Source: Selaginella moellendorffii
Taxonomy: Eukaryota > Plantae > Lycopodiophyta
Assembly (NCBI RefSeq): GCF_000143415.4
Contig: NW_003314263.1
Coordinates: 3,668,451 to 3,732,450 of the forward strand
Reading direction: 5' to 3'
DNA: 64,000 nucleotides
The notes below the pieces were generated by a model. It was given only the letters and a program-made list of their open reading frames with translations, was not told the DNA's origin and made no database searches. A program made the translations under genes and the position numbers. Below are positions 11,586 to 22,483 of the stretch, piece after piece (the stretch's first letter is position 1; each line of letters opens with the position of its first letter).

Positions 11586-12361
11586 TTAAAACTTCCAGAA
11601 TATTCCCTTGGCTTTGAGAGCTCCAGCGATCACGCACCAGCAACAGATGCCAAACAAAACGTACACAAGCATGGCCCATCTTTGCGATGGAATCATCGCG
11701 AAAAATACGTGCTCTCGCGTAAATGTCACCTGCAAAACGTCGAGAGCGTTACCAACAGCTCTCCTATGATGCTTATCTGTGAAATCCAAGGCTCCCAAGA
11801 TTTACCAGAACAAACTTGCGAGGAGAAGCTACGTACCAGATTTTTTTGCGGCTGCTTCCAGTAGAATCCTTGGACGAAAACCACGAGAACATCGGTTGCT
11901 GCAAGCGTGTAGATGATCAGCGAGTTCATTCCCATCCATTCCAGCAGCAAAGTTGGATACCGGATGTCATAAACGTCGACCTGGAACGAGCAGCATGGAT
12001 TAAAATATCTGGAGACGAGCATGAATGGAGAGTTACGAGGATGTAAAGTAAGCAAAAAACGGCTCCAGCGGCACCGGCAGTGAAGCACATGTAGCTGAAG
12101 CTGTAGAGCGGCTTGTTCATCTTAATCCCTGGTACAAAGCAAATGATTTTAATGAGAATAAACTACAAAGCGCTCGTACCAAGCAGATGCAAGACATAGC
12201 CAAGAGCCAAAAGTATGACTGCTGGCACGATGAAGTTTATAATCCTTTGAAACATCCATTCCCAGGCATCAGCGAGAATATAAAAACCAAGGGCGGATGA
12301 CAAGTACCTTGCATTGGACGATAAAATGGCCATAGCGCAGACCAATAAAACATGTTACTAT
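11586..12361 (-). pseudogene. 5'-truncated duplicate of the HGSNAT-like gene (last exons only)
   Basis: Same exons as 17544-18330 (MNKPLYSFSYMCFTAG, VDVYDIRYPTLLLEWMGMN, ...KGIFWKF*). A 12-bp deletion at ~12249 removes a splice acceptor, and no upstream exons are present. Confidence 0.85.
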
Positions 12362-12619
12362 ATCCTCGGTCGCTTGGAATCCATGAGAGTTCGGCTCGCG
12401 CGAGCTTGGATTCCTCGCTCGCCAAGGAGCGCCTCGTCCATTGCTCGTCACATGCAAGGCAAAAAAATTTCTGAAATAGGGCCTTCCAAGTTCGAATCCT
12501 GGGGCATACAAGGTCTCGAGTTCGAATCACGGGACGCACGGGAGAAAATCTCCAGAATATTCCCCTGGCTGAATGCTTGTTCGTTTCTCTAGAGAATTTT
12601 TTTGAGTCCATCACAAAGA

Positions 12620-12772
12620 TTGTGTACGTTTTGTTTGGCATCTTTTGCTGCGTGATCGCTGGAACTCTCAAAGGCAAGGGAAAATTCTTGAAAATTTACA
12701 AGTCTGAAAATTTTCTAGTCTGGGGAATCGAACTTGAAACCTTGTACCTCCTGGGATTCGAGCTGGAGACCC
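12620..12772 (+). repeat. Diverged inverted copy of the HGSNAT last exon and 3' flank
   Basis: Plus-strand VYVLFGIFCCVIAGTLKGKGKFLK is the reverse-complement homolog of 11517-11669 (VYVLFGICCWCVIAGALKAKGIFWKF). Confidence 0.85.
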
Positions 12773-12919
12773 CAGGGAAACCCTTATTTGAGCCACGGGG
12801 AAAAGTGTGACATAAATGTCAAACTCCAAGGAGTGGGGGATATCCTCTCTATACAGCATTTTCTTTCCAGATACACTATAGTGCTAGCCCTAAAGTGGTA
12901 GGGTTCTTCGAGTAAAAGG

Positions 12920-15900
12920 GCAAAAGGGAAAAGGGATGGATTCGGTTGAGCTCCTGCAGGATGTAGAGGCTTCCGACGAGCTACTGGATTCAAGGATCAG
13001 CATACTCGAGTTCGTGCCACTGAGCACCATTGGCGGTGAGGATCAGGGAGGCTCTGATTTGAGGCTCCACACTTGGGTGCTTGTGCTTAACACACCCAAG
13101 GATCAGTTCCTGGTATGGAACAAGAACAGGAACAGCTGCAGGATCAGCCGCATCCTCATCGCTTGCCACTGGAAGAACAGAGTTGCTAGTGACGGTGGAC
13201 CACTCGTGGCACTGTGGAGCATGCGCCGGCAGCTCATTGTCTTGGATGTCTCGACTGGCATGGCTTGCATCTGTCCATCTCCACCAGAGCTTGTGACCAG
13301 CTCCTCCTCGTCCTTGGTCTTGAGCACATCTGCGCTTGGATCCAGCCTTGACAAGTTCCAGCTCCTGGTTGTCTATAGCGATTCAGCTTTGGCCCCCCAG
13401 CACAGCTTTCTCATCACTTCTGCTATCTTCGATTCAACAACTGGGATGTGGAGAGTTAATTCTCGTTATTCTCCTGGATTCACTGGTCGCGAGACCACCG
13501 TGTATGGTGACTCCCGGTGGCCTGGATACAGTGCACTGGCGGGTGGCTTTCTTCATGTCATGTTTTGTGAGCCCTCTTCCTGGTGGAACACACCGTGCGT
13601 GAGATATGATTTGGAAAGGGATGAGTGGTGCAGGGAACCAGTGTGGACGGTCAAATGGAGTCAAGGCCAGGTCAAGAACATGAGAGTGCATTACTCGGAA
13701 GAGACATGGCGGATTAACGCTGATGGCCTACCTCAAGCCTTGGTTAATCTTCAGCCGCCACTGGAAGCGGGTGTGGCTAACATTACACGGCGCTCGGATG
13801 GCGTCTTTCTTTATGCCTTCTTTACTTGCCAGGGATGCGTGGAGATTGTTTACATCCATGATTTTGAGGCTGGAATTTGGTATGCTCATCGCTATCGAAG
13901 GTTGAGGGACTTGCTCAAACTGAAGCCAGTCAAGTCACTTGATTATAATCATGGAGAGAATGTTGATGGCCAGAAGTGGTCCAATCTGCCTACTGACCTT
14001 CTGCAGCAAGTCGCGCAACTCTTGTGCACTGTCAGCGATATTAGAGCACTGAGCATGGTATGCCACAACTGGCGCAGGACAGGCCAACGTTTGCTCAAGC
14101 GATATCAAGAGCCCGCCCTTGTCTTCTGGAACAAGAAACACAGCGAGTTATGTCTGTTTAGGTCCGATAAAGGCTGGTCAAGGATGATCAGAGACAAGAA
14201 CTTTGCCCACCGTGCTCCCTTAATCACACACGGTCCCCTCTTAATCTCGTGGGAGGGGAGCACCTTGTATGTTACCAACGTTCTCAAGAAAATCTTCTCG
14301 ACAAAACAAGTAATGGCTCCGAGTCCGGAAATGGAACGTATCCTCAGGGTTGCATGCATAAGTCAAGAAAAGCTGCTGGTCATTTTCTTCACTGAGTTAA
14401 AGGAGGTAGCTCCTGCAGTGGTTAGCTTCAATAATTCAACTCGTCCACAGTGGCAAGTTGGAAATTCTCGCAGGGGCATTGCTACATTGACACCGGTGGA
14501 GACTTTCTTTAATGAGCGGAGGCTACCATGGCCTCCAGCTGATGAAAGTGGCGCTAGGGACGCTGAGAATGTCATCCTGCTTGGGTCATATGCATATTTC
14601 ATGCTGAGGGTGGTAGCATCCCAGAGGCAGACGGTTTTTCAATACAACTGGGAAAGTGATGAGTGGGTTTCTCAGGAGCAAGTTCAAACCCCATGCCGTG
14701 ACTGCCATGACTTCTGCGCATACAGCTATCAGTTTCACGTAAAGTCTCCACTCATTCAACTGAATGGACGACCGGCAATCTTGCGACCCACAATGGAAAT
14801 CTGGTTTCTGGCCGACCCTGGCGGAAAATGCATCGCCAAGATTCCCCAGGAGACATGGGAAAAACTGATTCAAGTGTTAGACACTTCATATGAATACACT
14901 TATATATGGGCAGTGGGTAACATTACAGCTCCGAGAATTGTCGTCGTCTCCGTACACCAGTGTACCACCTCGGTTCATATGGTGTGCAGCATCAGGAATA
15001 CTCTAGTGGCCATCATTGTTTGGGAGTTTGTACTGGGTTTGTGGGATGTCATCCCCTACTCCAACAGGGAAGATCGGCTGTGGCTCAAGTCCAAGTATTT
15101 TGCCGTTTGCTTGGAGCAGAACAGCTTGGTTATGAAGCACTTGCTAAGAAGATCATGGTTTGACTTCCTGACCGTACCTTGGCACTTGAGAAGCAGGGAC
15201 AGACGTTTTATAGAGCCGTACATTTTGTCAAGGGCGATGGAGATATGAATCTCTTGAATATGTATACATTTTCATCCTCATCACAATCCAACGATTTGCA
15301 TGAAAGTTTGAGAGTGAAGAACGTTCAAACTTAAAAACGAGCCAATTTTCTGAAGAATCGCAATGGACGCGTTTGCGGCAGGGAAATCTCGGCCCCTGGT
15401 CACCAGTCGTCAATCACATTTTAGTTTTTCTGTTGCCAAACAAAAATAAGAAGCTGCTTCAAGTTAGTAAAGTATCTATAGAGCAGCACTCTAACTTTCT
15501 ATCAGGGTGGTGGACTTTATTCCCTCTTCTTAAGGCTGAAAGAAACAAGAATGCGAATTTATACAAAGAGAAAGATGTTTAAGAAACTACTCAAGCGCAT
15601 ATTGCTTGCCATATTTATTTCTTATTGGATGATGTATATATATTCGATTGATTAATTTGTCCTTTTTTTAAAAGAAAGCAAAGAAGACTCACGTACTTGC
15701 GACGAAGGCTTTCGTTCTGGTCCTCGGCTGATTTGGTATCTCGCCGCCTTAAGGCGCCTTTGCAGCTGCTAGAAAGGAAAAAGTAAAGAATGTTAGATCT
15801 TCGACAAACTAGAGAATCGATTTGGATTTTACACTGAAACTTGCCTTGTACATCTTCTGCTAGGAACGTCATAAAGATAAAAAAATAGACAAGGAAAAAT

Positions 15901-18330
15901 TATTTCCAGCGCAGTGTTAGGCTCGACCTCTAGGAGATCTTCCTCGTAATATCTTCCACGCCCGATTGACCGCAAAGCATTCTCCAAAGCTTAGAAGATG
16001 ATCTATCATTCATACTGGCGGTCTCAAAACCAGGCAAATGTTCGACGTAACGATCAAAGCAGCAGTAGGAAGCAAAGTTCTAGCTCGAGAATGGTAAGTC
16101 ACAATCTTTTCAGCTCTTTTATAGTCATTTCTTTGGCATGCACGATTTCTGCTTTGAGAAGAAATGTGTTGGCAAAGTGCTATCGAGGCGACATGACACG
16201 AAAGAGGCAATAGGAAGGGAAGATCCCTGGAGTTGATACTCCTCAGGATCTTCATGAGGTAACGGCTTTCGATGTTGCATGAATCTCTGTTGTTGCTAGA
16301 CGACTCTAAGATCTGACGTAAAGAAAGCAAAAAAAATGTCCAGGGATAAATCCGAGCAAGAAGCAAAGCATCGCCTTCTTCCATCACATATAGTACGAGC
16401 ACCCAACCTGCTCTGCATGGTTCATGTCGTCTGCCCGAAAGTCCAATTGGCTGGCCAGCTTTTCCCGAGGCCCTGTAAAAAAGTGTGAAGAGCTTATATT
16501 TACGTTCCAGCAGCCTTTCTAAGCTGGGGCAGGCCGGGGGTCCAGAGCTACTCTTCTTCGTTTTGGAGAGTGTTCTCTTACTTTCCTTGCTTCTCCTTTT
16601 TTTCTCTCCCTGTTCTTCAGTCGTGAGATTCATGAGTTAAACACGCGACACCTGGGAGATCGGGATCGAGATCGGGATGGAGATCTCGTGCTGACTTTTT
16701 GTTTTCGAGGAGCCTAGCAACATGCAATAGACGGATTGTCCCACCACTCAACAGACCATCTCATTTCTTCCCCCACATAGATTCGTTGTGGGAAAAAAAT
16801 AAGCGCTGCTGTTGGTCATCCCAACTCCATAATCGGGATTACACCAGCCAGGAAGATACTCCACCTTGTGCCACACTCCTTTAGCAATCGCTTTTCTATA
16901 ATTTCCAATATACAAATCCAGTAATACCATGGGAGAAAATCGAGGCAGGGGTGTACAAACTTCCATGCATGTTTTACACGTGTTTTTTAATCCAGGAGCT
17001 CTACTGCTACTTGCTGGACAGACTGGGACGGCGAGTCGAGAAGCTGCACAAGCGCAAACTAAGTTTGCGTCACCGTGCACTGTAGCCCCCAATCTCCGCT
17101 CGAGTTTGAAGCATCATGAACAACCTTGGCCGCCAAAGATGTTGGTCAGAATCCTCAAAAGTTCACGAGCACAAAAAGAATCTGGCGAAGACTACTTAGG
17201 CTTGTTGGCTCAAAGGTGTGAAGGCAGGGGTGTCACTGGTATTGGTCTAAAGAGGCTGACATTCCCTGTGCCATGCTGACGAGAACTCTGCTTCTATCCG
17301 AGCTTTCAAAGTACTCACTGCTCCACGATTGGAACCACAGCACCATATATCGCCCTCTTGCTCGTCATCCAAGAGATTATCAGAGAGCCTGAGCGGCCTC
17401 GGCGGTACTAAGCAAGTCATTAAGCTTGAAATTTTTCTCAAATGAGACAAGTGTCAAGTTCGAATCCCGGGACGTGTAGGATCGAATCCCAGGACGTACG
17501 AGGTTTCAAGTTCGATACTCTAGACTAGAAATGTTTTAAACTCTTAAAACTTCCAGAATATTCCCTTGGCTTTGAGAGCTCCAGCGATCACGCACCAGCA
17601 ACAGATGCCAAACAAAACGTACACAAGCATGGCCCATCTTTGCGATGGAATCATCGCGAAAAATACGTGCTCTCGCGTAAATGTCACCTGCAAAACGTTG
17701 AGAGCGTTACCAACAGCTCTCCTATAATGCTTATCTGTGAAATCCAAGGCTCCCAAGATTTACGAGAACAAACTTGCGAGGAGAAGCTACGTACCAGATT
17801 TTTTTGCGGCTGCTTCCAGTAGAATCCTTGGATGAAAACCACGAGAACATCGGTTGCTGCAAGCGTGTAGATGATCAGCGAGTTCATTCCCATCCATTCC
17901 AGCAGCAAAGTTGGATACCGGATGTCATAAACGTCGACCTGGAACAAGCAGCATGGATTAAAATATCTGGAGACGAGCATGAATGGAGACTTACGAGGAT
18001 GTAAAGTAAGCAAAAAACGGCTCCAGCGGCACCGGCAGTGAAGCACATGTAACTGAAGCTGTAGAGCGGCTTGTTCATCTTAATCCCTGGTACAAAGCGA
18101 ATGATTTTAATGAGCATAAACTACAAAGCGCTCGTACCAAGCAGATGCAAGACATAGCCAAGAGCCAAAAGTATGACTGCTGGGACGATGAAGTTTATAA
18201 TCCTTTGTTTGTGCTCCTGAAACATCCATTCCCAGGCATCAGCAAGAATATAAAACCAAAGGCGGATGACAAGTACCTTGCATTGGACGATAAAATGGCC
18301 ATAGTGCAGACCAATAAAACATGTTACTAT
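12920..18330. repeat. Tandem duplication unit, copy B
   Basis: Near-identical to 6968-12361. Confidence 0.92.
12936..15248 (+). CDS. Intronless F-box-domain protein, 770 aa (copy B)
   Basis: ORF nearly identical to copy A, with the same internal F-box motif. Confidence 0.82.
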   Translation: MDSVELLQDVEASDELLDSRISILEFVPLSTIGGEDQGGSDLRLHTWVLVLNTPKDQFLVWNKNRNSCRISRILIACHWKNRVASDGGPLVALWSMRRQLIVLDVSTGMACICPSPPELVTSSSSSLVLSTSALGSSLDKFQLLVVYSDSALAPQHSFLITSAIFDSTTGMWRVNSRYSPGFTGRETTVYGDSRWPGYSALAGGFLHVMFCEPSSWWNTPCVRYDLERDEWCREPVWTVKWSQGQVKNMRVHYSEETWRINADGLPQALVNLQPPLEAGVANITRRSDGVFLYAFFTCQGCVEIVYIHDFEAGIWYAHRYRRLRDLLKLKPVKSLDYNHGENVDGQKWSNLPTDLLQQVAQLLCTVSDIRALSMVCHNWRRTGQRLLKRYQEPALVFWNKKHSELCLFRSDKGWSRMIRDKNFAHRAPLITHGPLLISWEGSTLYVTNVLKKIFSTKQVMAPSPEMERILRVACISQEKLLVIFFTELKEVAPAVVSFNNSTRPQWQVGNSRRGIATLTPVETFFNERRLPWPPADESGARDAENVILLGSYAYFMLRVVASQRQTVFQYNWESDEWVSQEQVQTPCRDCHDFCAYSYQFHVKSPLIQLNGRPAILRPTMEIWFLADPGGKCIAKIPQETWEKLIQVLDTSYEYTYIWAVGNITAPRIVVVSVHQCTTSVHMVCSIRNTLVAIIVWEFVLGLWDVIPYSNREDRLWLKSKYFAVCLEQNSLVMKHLLRRSWFDFLTVPWHLRSRDRRFIEPYILSRAMEI

Positions 18331-19762
18331 CGCTGATACAGAGCTAGTGTGACACAAAAAGATATCAGAACGCAAGACATGATTAAAAATGCTACCTTAG
18401 GATTCCTTCTGGATCAAATGGCGCGTGACACCACACAGGAGCATCCGCAGGAAGGGGTCCATAGTCAGGAGAATTTATGCTACAAGACTGCGATAACAAA
18501 AAAAGAAAAAGAAAAAAATAAATAAATAGAGATGAGACATGAAAGAGCTAAAACCAAATGTGAATACCTCGGTACGTATAAAAACAGGTTGCTGGTCAAG
18601 ATGATTAACTCCTAATATTTGTCGATCTACGTAGCCAACAGCGTTGCAGGCAGGATCAAGATTACTCCTGGTACCGCAAGTCACCTAAGAATTGAAAACC
18701 CTGCAAGTCGATATCATCAGACAAAAGATTCGCAAACTTACAGTCATTGTTATGTTTCTATTGTTTGGTAGCTCGAATTGCCAGTGAGGAACTTTAAGTC
18801 CATACAAAAGTGATAGATAAACTGTCAGTGTCACGACGACGAAGATCCTGAAAGCACAAAAATGGAAAAAAAACGTGAGGAAATGGAGAAGCAGACCCAG
18901 CTGTTATACCAGTGAAAGAGGTAGTTTTGCATAATCCCAAAGTATGATCCTTGCACTCTTGGTAACCAGACCTCACACAGCGCAACGATCACGTAAACAA
19001 ACGCAATTCTCTAGTGGGAAAACGTTTAGTAAGAACTTCAGAATTGTGTCGAGCGTGGCGAAGCAAACCTGGAGAATTCCGCACCATCTAATGAGCGTCA
19101 AGTCTACTCCATAGCTCAAATCGTTTTCTCCATGGAAGTAGCCACCTACAACACTCACATAAGCAAAACAATACTCAAAGGACGAGCTAACCTTGTAGGA
19201 AAACACCCAAGAAGAACAGCTTTAGCGAGCGAAGTATGGCCTTCCTGGTGGAGTCAAGCTTGCTGGGAATTTTCTGCGAGAGGAAAACGTCATGGTGATC
19301 ACGGAAAAATCTAAAAAGACACAATGAAGAACACCTTATAGACCAGAGCCAGAGCCACTCCAACGATGAAGAGGAAAAATGGCATGACGAGATCAGCTAG
19401 AGTGACTCCATTCCACGGCGAATGATTGATCGCTGGCCACTCGCCCCCTGCATTGTCGACCAAAATCATCATCTGTGGACGATCGTCTCAGAACAACCAA
19501 ATATTTCTCTATACTGTTCTTCTCTTACCGCAATGCTCAATCCCCGGAATACATCGAGCGATGCCAGCCTCTCCTTCGGACGATCTCCGCCGCCGATTTC
19601 ACGCTCAGTGGAAGCTTCAGCTAGAGCAGCATCCTCGGAATTCGCATCCCCGGCATCGATCACAAGAAAAGGCTCCTTGAGCGCCTCGGATTCACTAGCG
19701 GTAGCTTCCCCGGGCTTGGCATCCAGCCTCTCGCCAGCACCGATCACTCCAAACCTCCCCAT
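17544..19762 (-). CDS. HGSNAT: Heparan-alpha-glucosaminide N-acetyltransferase-like membrane protein (multi-exon)
   Basis: Exons encode ERLASLDVFRGLSIA, MILVDNAGGEWPAINHSPWNGVTLADLVMPFFLFIVG, CGTRSNLDPACNAVGYVDRQILG, APFDPEGIL, MNKPLYSFSYMCFTAG and end GIFWKF*. Short GT-AG introns. Confidence 0.9.
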
Positions 19763-20074
19763 TGCCCTGCGCAGCGTCAGTCTACACTAACCTCCATGAA
19801 TTCAAAGAACCCTAGAAAATGGTGGGGGTAACCATCACGCAATCCGCGCCGTTGACACCTCAATCAAATTTCAGCCGTTGCCTCTGCGGACGGCCACGAT
19901 CCAGCCAACACGGCATCAAAAACTACTCTTGGCATCTTTGATAAAATAATCTAAAACAATGAGAGCCGTTGGATGTAAACTATCTATAACTTGCTTATTT
20001 ATTAACAAAGCTTTCTTAATGCACAAACTAAACTATTTCCTCTCCTTTAATCAATCTATAGTTTTCTTCCATTT

Positions 20075-22081
20075 TCAATCGACCTTCGCGGCGCTGCTGT
20101 CGATGGCTTTGATAGCTTTGATCTTGTTGTCTCGATCGCTAGCAGCGTCCTCCTCCTCGATGATGAGACCACCTTGATCGTCGTCATAGCCATCCTCGAT
20201 TGGAGCATAGTTGAGCTTGCGAGTGGCGTAGCACCAAGCGTCGTAGCAGCCTTCCAGGTTGGGCCAGTTCGAGGAGGAGTGGACGAACTCGTTGAGCCAG
20301 AGAGCCAGGACGAGCTCTTGCTGAGCGTCGGGGAGGAGCTTGATGGTCCGCTCCAGCACTCGCTCGGCTTCGTGCTTCTCGGCGGAGGTGAACATGGTGG
20401 CGTCGATTCCGTGCGTGGAGCGGCAAAAGAGTGGCAGCCACAGGAGTAGCAGCTTGAGTGTTACTTCCGACGGTGGCTCCACTTCGGAGGCGATCAGTCC
20501 CGAGCACAAGAAAGCTGGAAAAAAAGATAGATAAAAATCTATCAGTACCTCAAGCTATGAAGAGAAAAAGCGAAAGGAAGACGTCCAAACTGCTGCTTTG
20601 TACGCTTTGATCAGCCATGCAAGGAAGTCCGGCTTATAGGACAGGCAAGAGAAAGCAAAGTAGAAAACAATGCTAGAAAACAATACAACACAAAGCTAGC
20701 CAAGAGGAAAGTTTTGACACTCCATCAGGAAAACATAAAGAAGAACACGAAAGAAGAAGATAACTGAGACAGGCAAGCGTGGCGTCTACAACTAAGCAAG
20801 AATCTAGACAACTACGACTAGAACTCTACGAAAGGTGAAAGCAAAAAGCTTCGAGACTGACCTGAGAGCTTGACAAGCAGCCTTTGAACTCTGAGATTGG
20901 CACAAACCGACTGCCCAGCGAGCCCCGCCGCCGAGCTCCAGTGCAAGATGGCCACTTCCAAACCGTTGTTCTCTTTCAGCCTCTGCGACATCCACAGCAG
21001 CTCCTGCGCAAGCTTCTCCGCCATCTCGCTGTCTTCCGCGCTTGGACACGGCGGAGGAGCCATCATCTGCATGCACTGCGACTGCATCACGCTGCCAATC
21101 CTGTTCCGCAGAGTCGCGAGCACCGGCACAAACTGGCACGAGAGCGAAGCCGCACCCATGGGCAGTCCTTTGATCATCTTCCACGGCCATCCCCACGCCT
21201 CGACCTGCTGCTGCCTGTGCAAGCCCTCGAGAGAACTCGCCAGCATGTAGACTGTTCGCAAGAAGCCGGTCTCGAGAGCCATCCTGTTCACTTCGCGCAG
21301 AGACTGGCCACCTTGCTCGACGTTGTCGTACATCATTTTATCTGCGAGTGATCGAGCGAATTCATACTTCCGGGACGATGCTGGTATGTCGTTGACAAGC
21401 TCTAGGACCTGGAAAAAAAGAACAATTAGTTCCACCCAAGAGAGAAAAAAGCTATACTAGCTTAGAAGCTCAGAACTAAAAAGAACAATCGACCCCACTT
21501 AGCACAGAACTAAAAAGAGGAATCGACAGAAACTACTAAACCACTACAAACACTAAAAAACTCTCTACAAGCTCAAAGTAAGATGCCAAACGCATTAGAA
21601 AAGAAATTTCGCTCAAACTAGAACTAGTTTGGAACGACCAAGAACACTAAAAAAATTCTCCAGAGAAACGACCAAAAATTGAGCTCTGATTCTAGTATCA
21701 AACAAGGATTTCCCGCTATAGAGCCTAGAGAACCGAGAAACTGACCTGGGAGAGCGCGCGGCCGATGGCACACTTGGCCAGGCCGCCTGCCTGGCCGGAC
21801 CACACAGTCCGCCGATTCGATCCATCCTCGTCCTCGGCCGAAACAGGAAAAATACTGCCCGTTGTCTTGCTCACGCTATCGATCACGCCAAGAATCCCTG
21901 CTGTCGGCAAATGCTGCGGCAAGAAGACAAGCAGCGCCCTCGCGATCCATGCCGCAACCCACAGCACGATCATCGCCATGAACCGGAGCTGTTCCCACAG
22001 CCCCCATTTGCTATTGCCGCGCTCCCATTCCACCAGCGCGCCTTTCACCAGCGCGTTCTTCACAGCGACCTGGGAAGCCAT
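20075..22081 (-). CDS. Conserved plant protein of unknown function (At3g19920/At5g64230-like), 3 exons
   Basis: Exons ~22081-21745, ~21408-20861 and ~20514-20075 encode AIGRALSQ / VLELVNDIPASSRKYEFARSLADK / AEKLAQELLW / KLLLLWLPLFCR...WPNLEGCYDAWCYATRKL. Family recalled from memory. Confidence 0.72.
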
Positions 22082-22483
22082 CGCCGCCGCCCGGGATTCC
22101 GAGATCGAGCAAGAAAAAGACCCGCGATCCCGGCCGAAATATTTCTCGCGGAGATGAGAGCCGCGGCGATCGGAGAGAGAGATTTTCAATCCATGCAGAG
22201 AGGATCGAGAAGAGTGGAGGAGTGAGAATCAATCTCGCATGCTCGCCGCGCTCGCCACACGCATCGATGGACCCCAAAAACCCCTGAGCAACGCCGGCCG
22301 TTGATTAATACGCGCCACTAGATTCCCGGAAAATATTCCAAGATTCGAGTCATAGGTGAGCCGTTCAATTCCGGCCCACCGCAAAGATTCCATTGTAATT
22401 TTTCCTTTACACATTCTCTATACACACTTTCGTCTCGTTTGGAGAGAGCGCAAAATTTTGCAAAACTGTCGCGCGTTGTCAGG

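Larger units (their letters stand above)
6968..12361. repeat. Tandem duplication unit, copy A (paired with 12920-18330)
   Basis: Near-identical sequence at ~5.95-kb offset. Shared sequence starts at gcaaaagggaaaagg just before the F-box ATG and ends at aaaacatgttactat inside the HGSNAT-like gene. Confidence 0.92.

Noticed and set aside
16010-16633. 207-aa minus-strand ORF and its paralogs (366-761, 10056-10532)
   Set aside because: The frame is not conserved among copies, and the region is a mosaic of shuffled fragments.
16748-17279. Coding-like fragments in the duplication unit (LDLYIGNYRKAIAKGVW...)
   Set aside because: Frameshifted differently in each copy, and no family is recognisable. 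Possibly a decayed gene but cannot be assigned.
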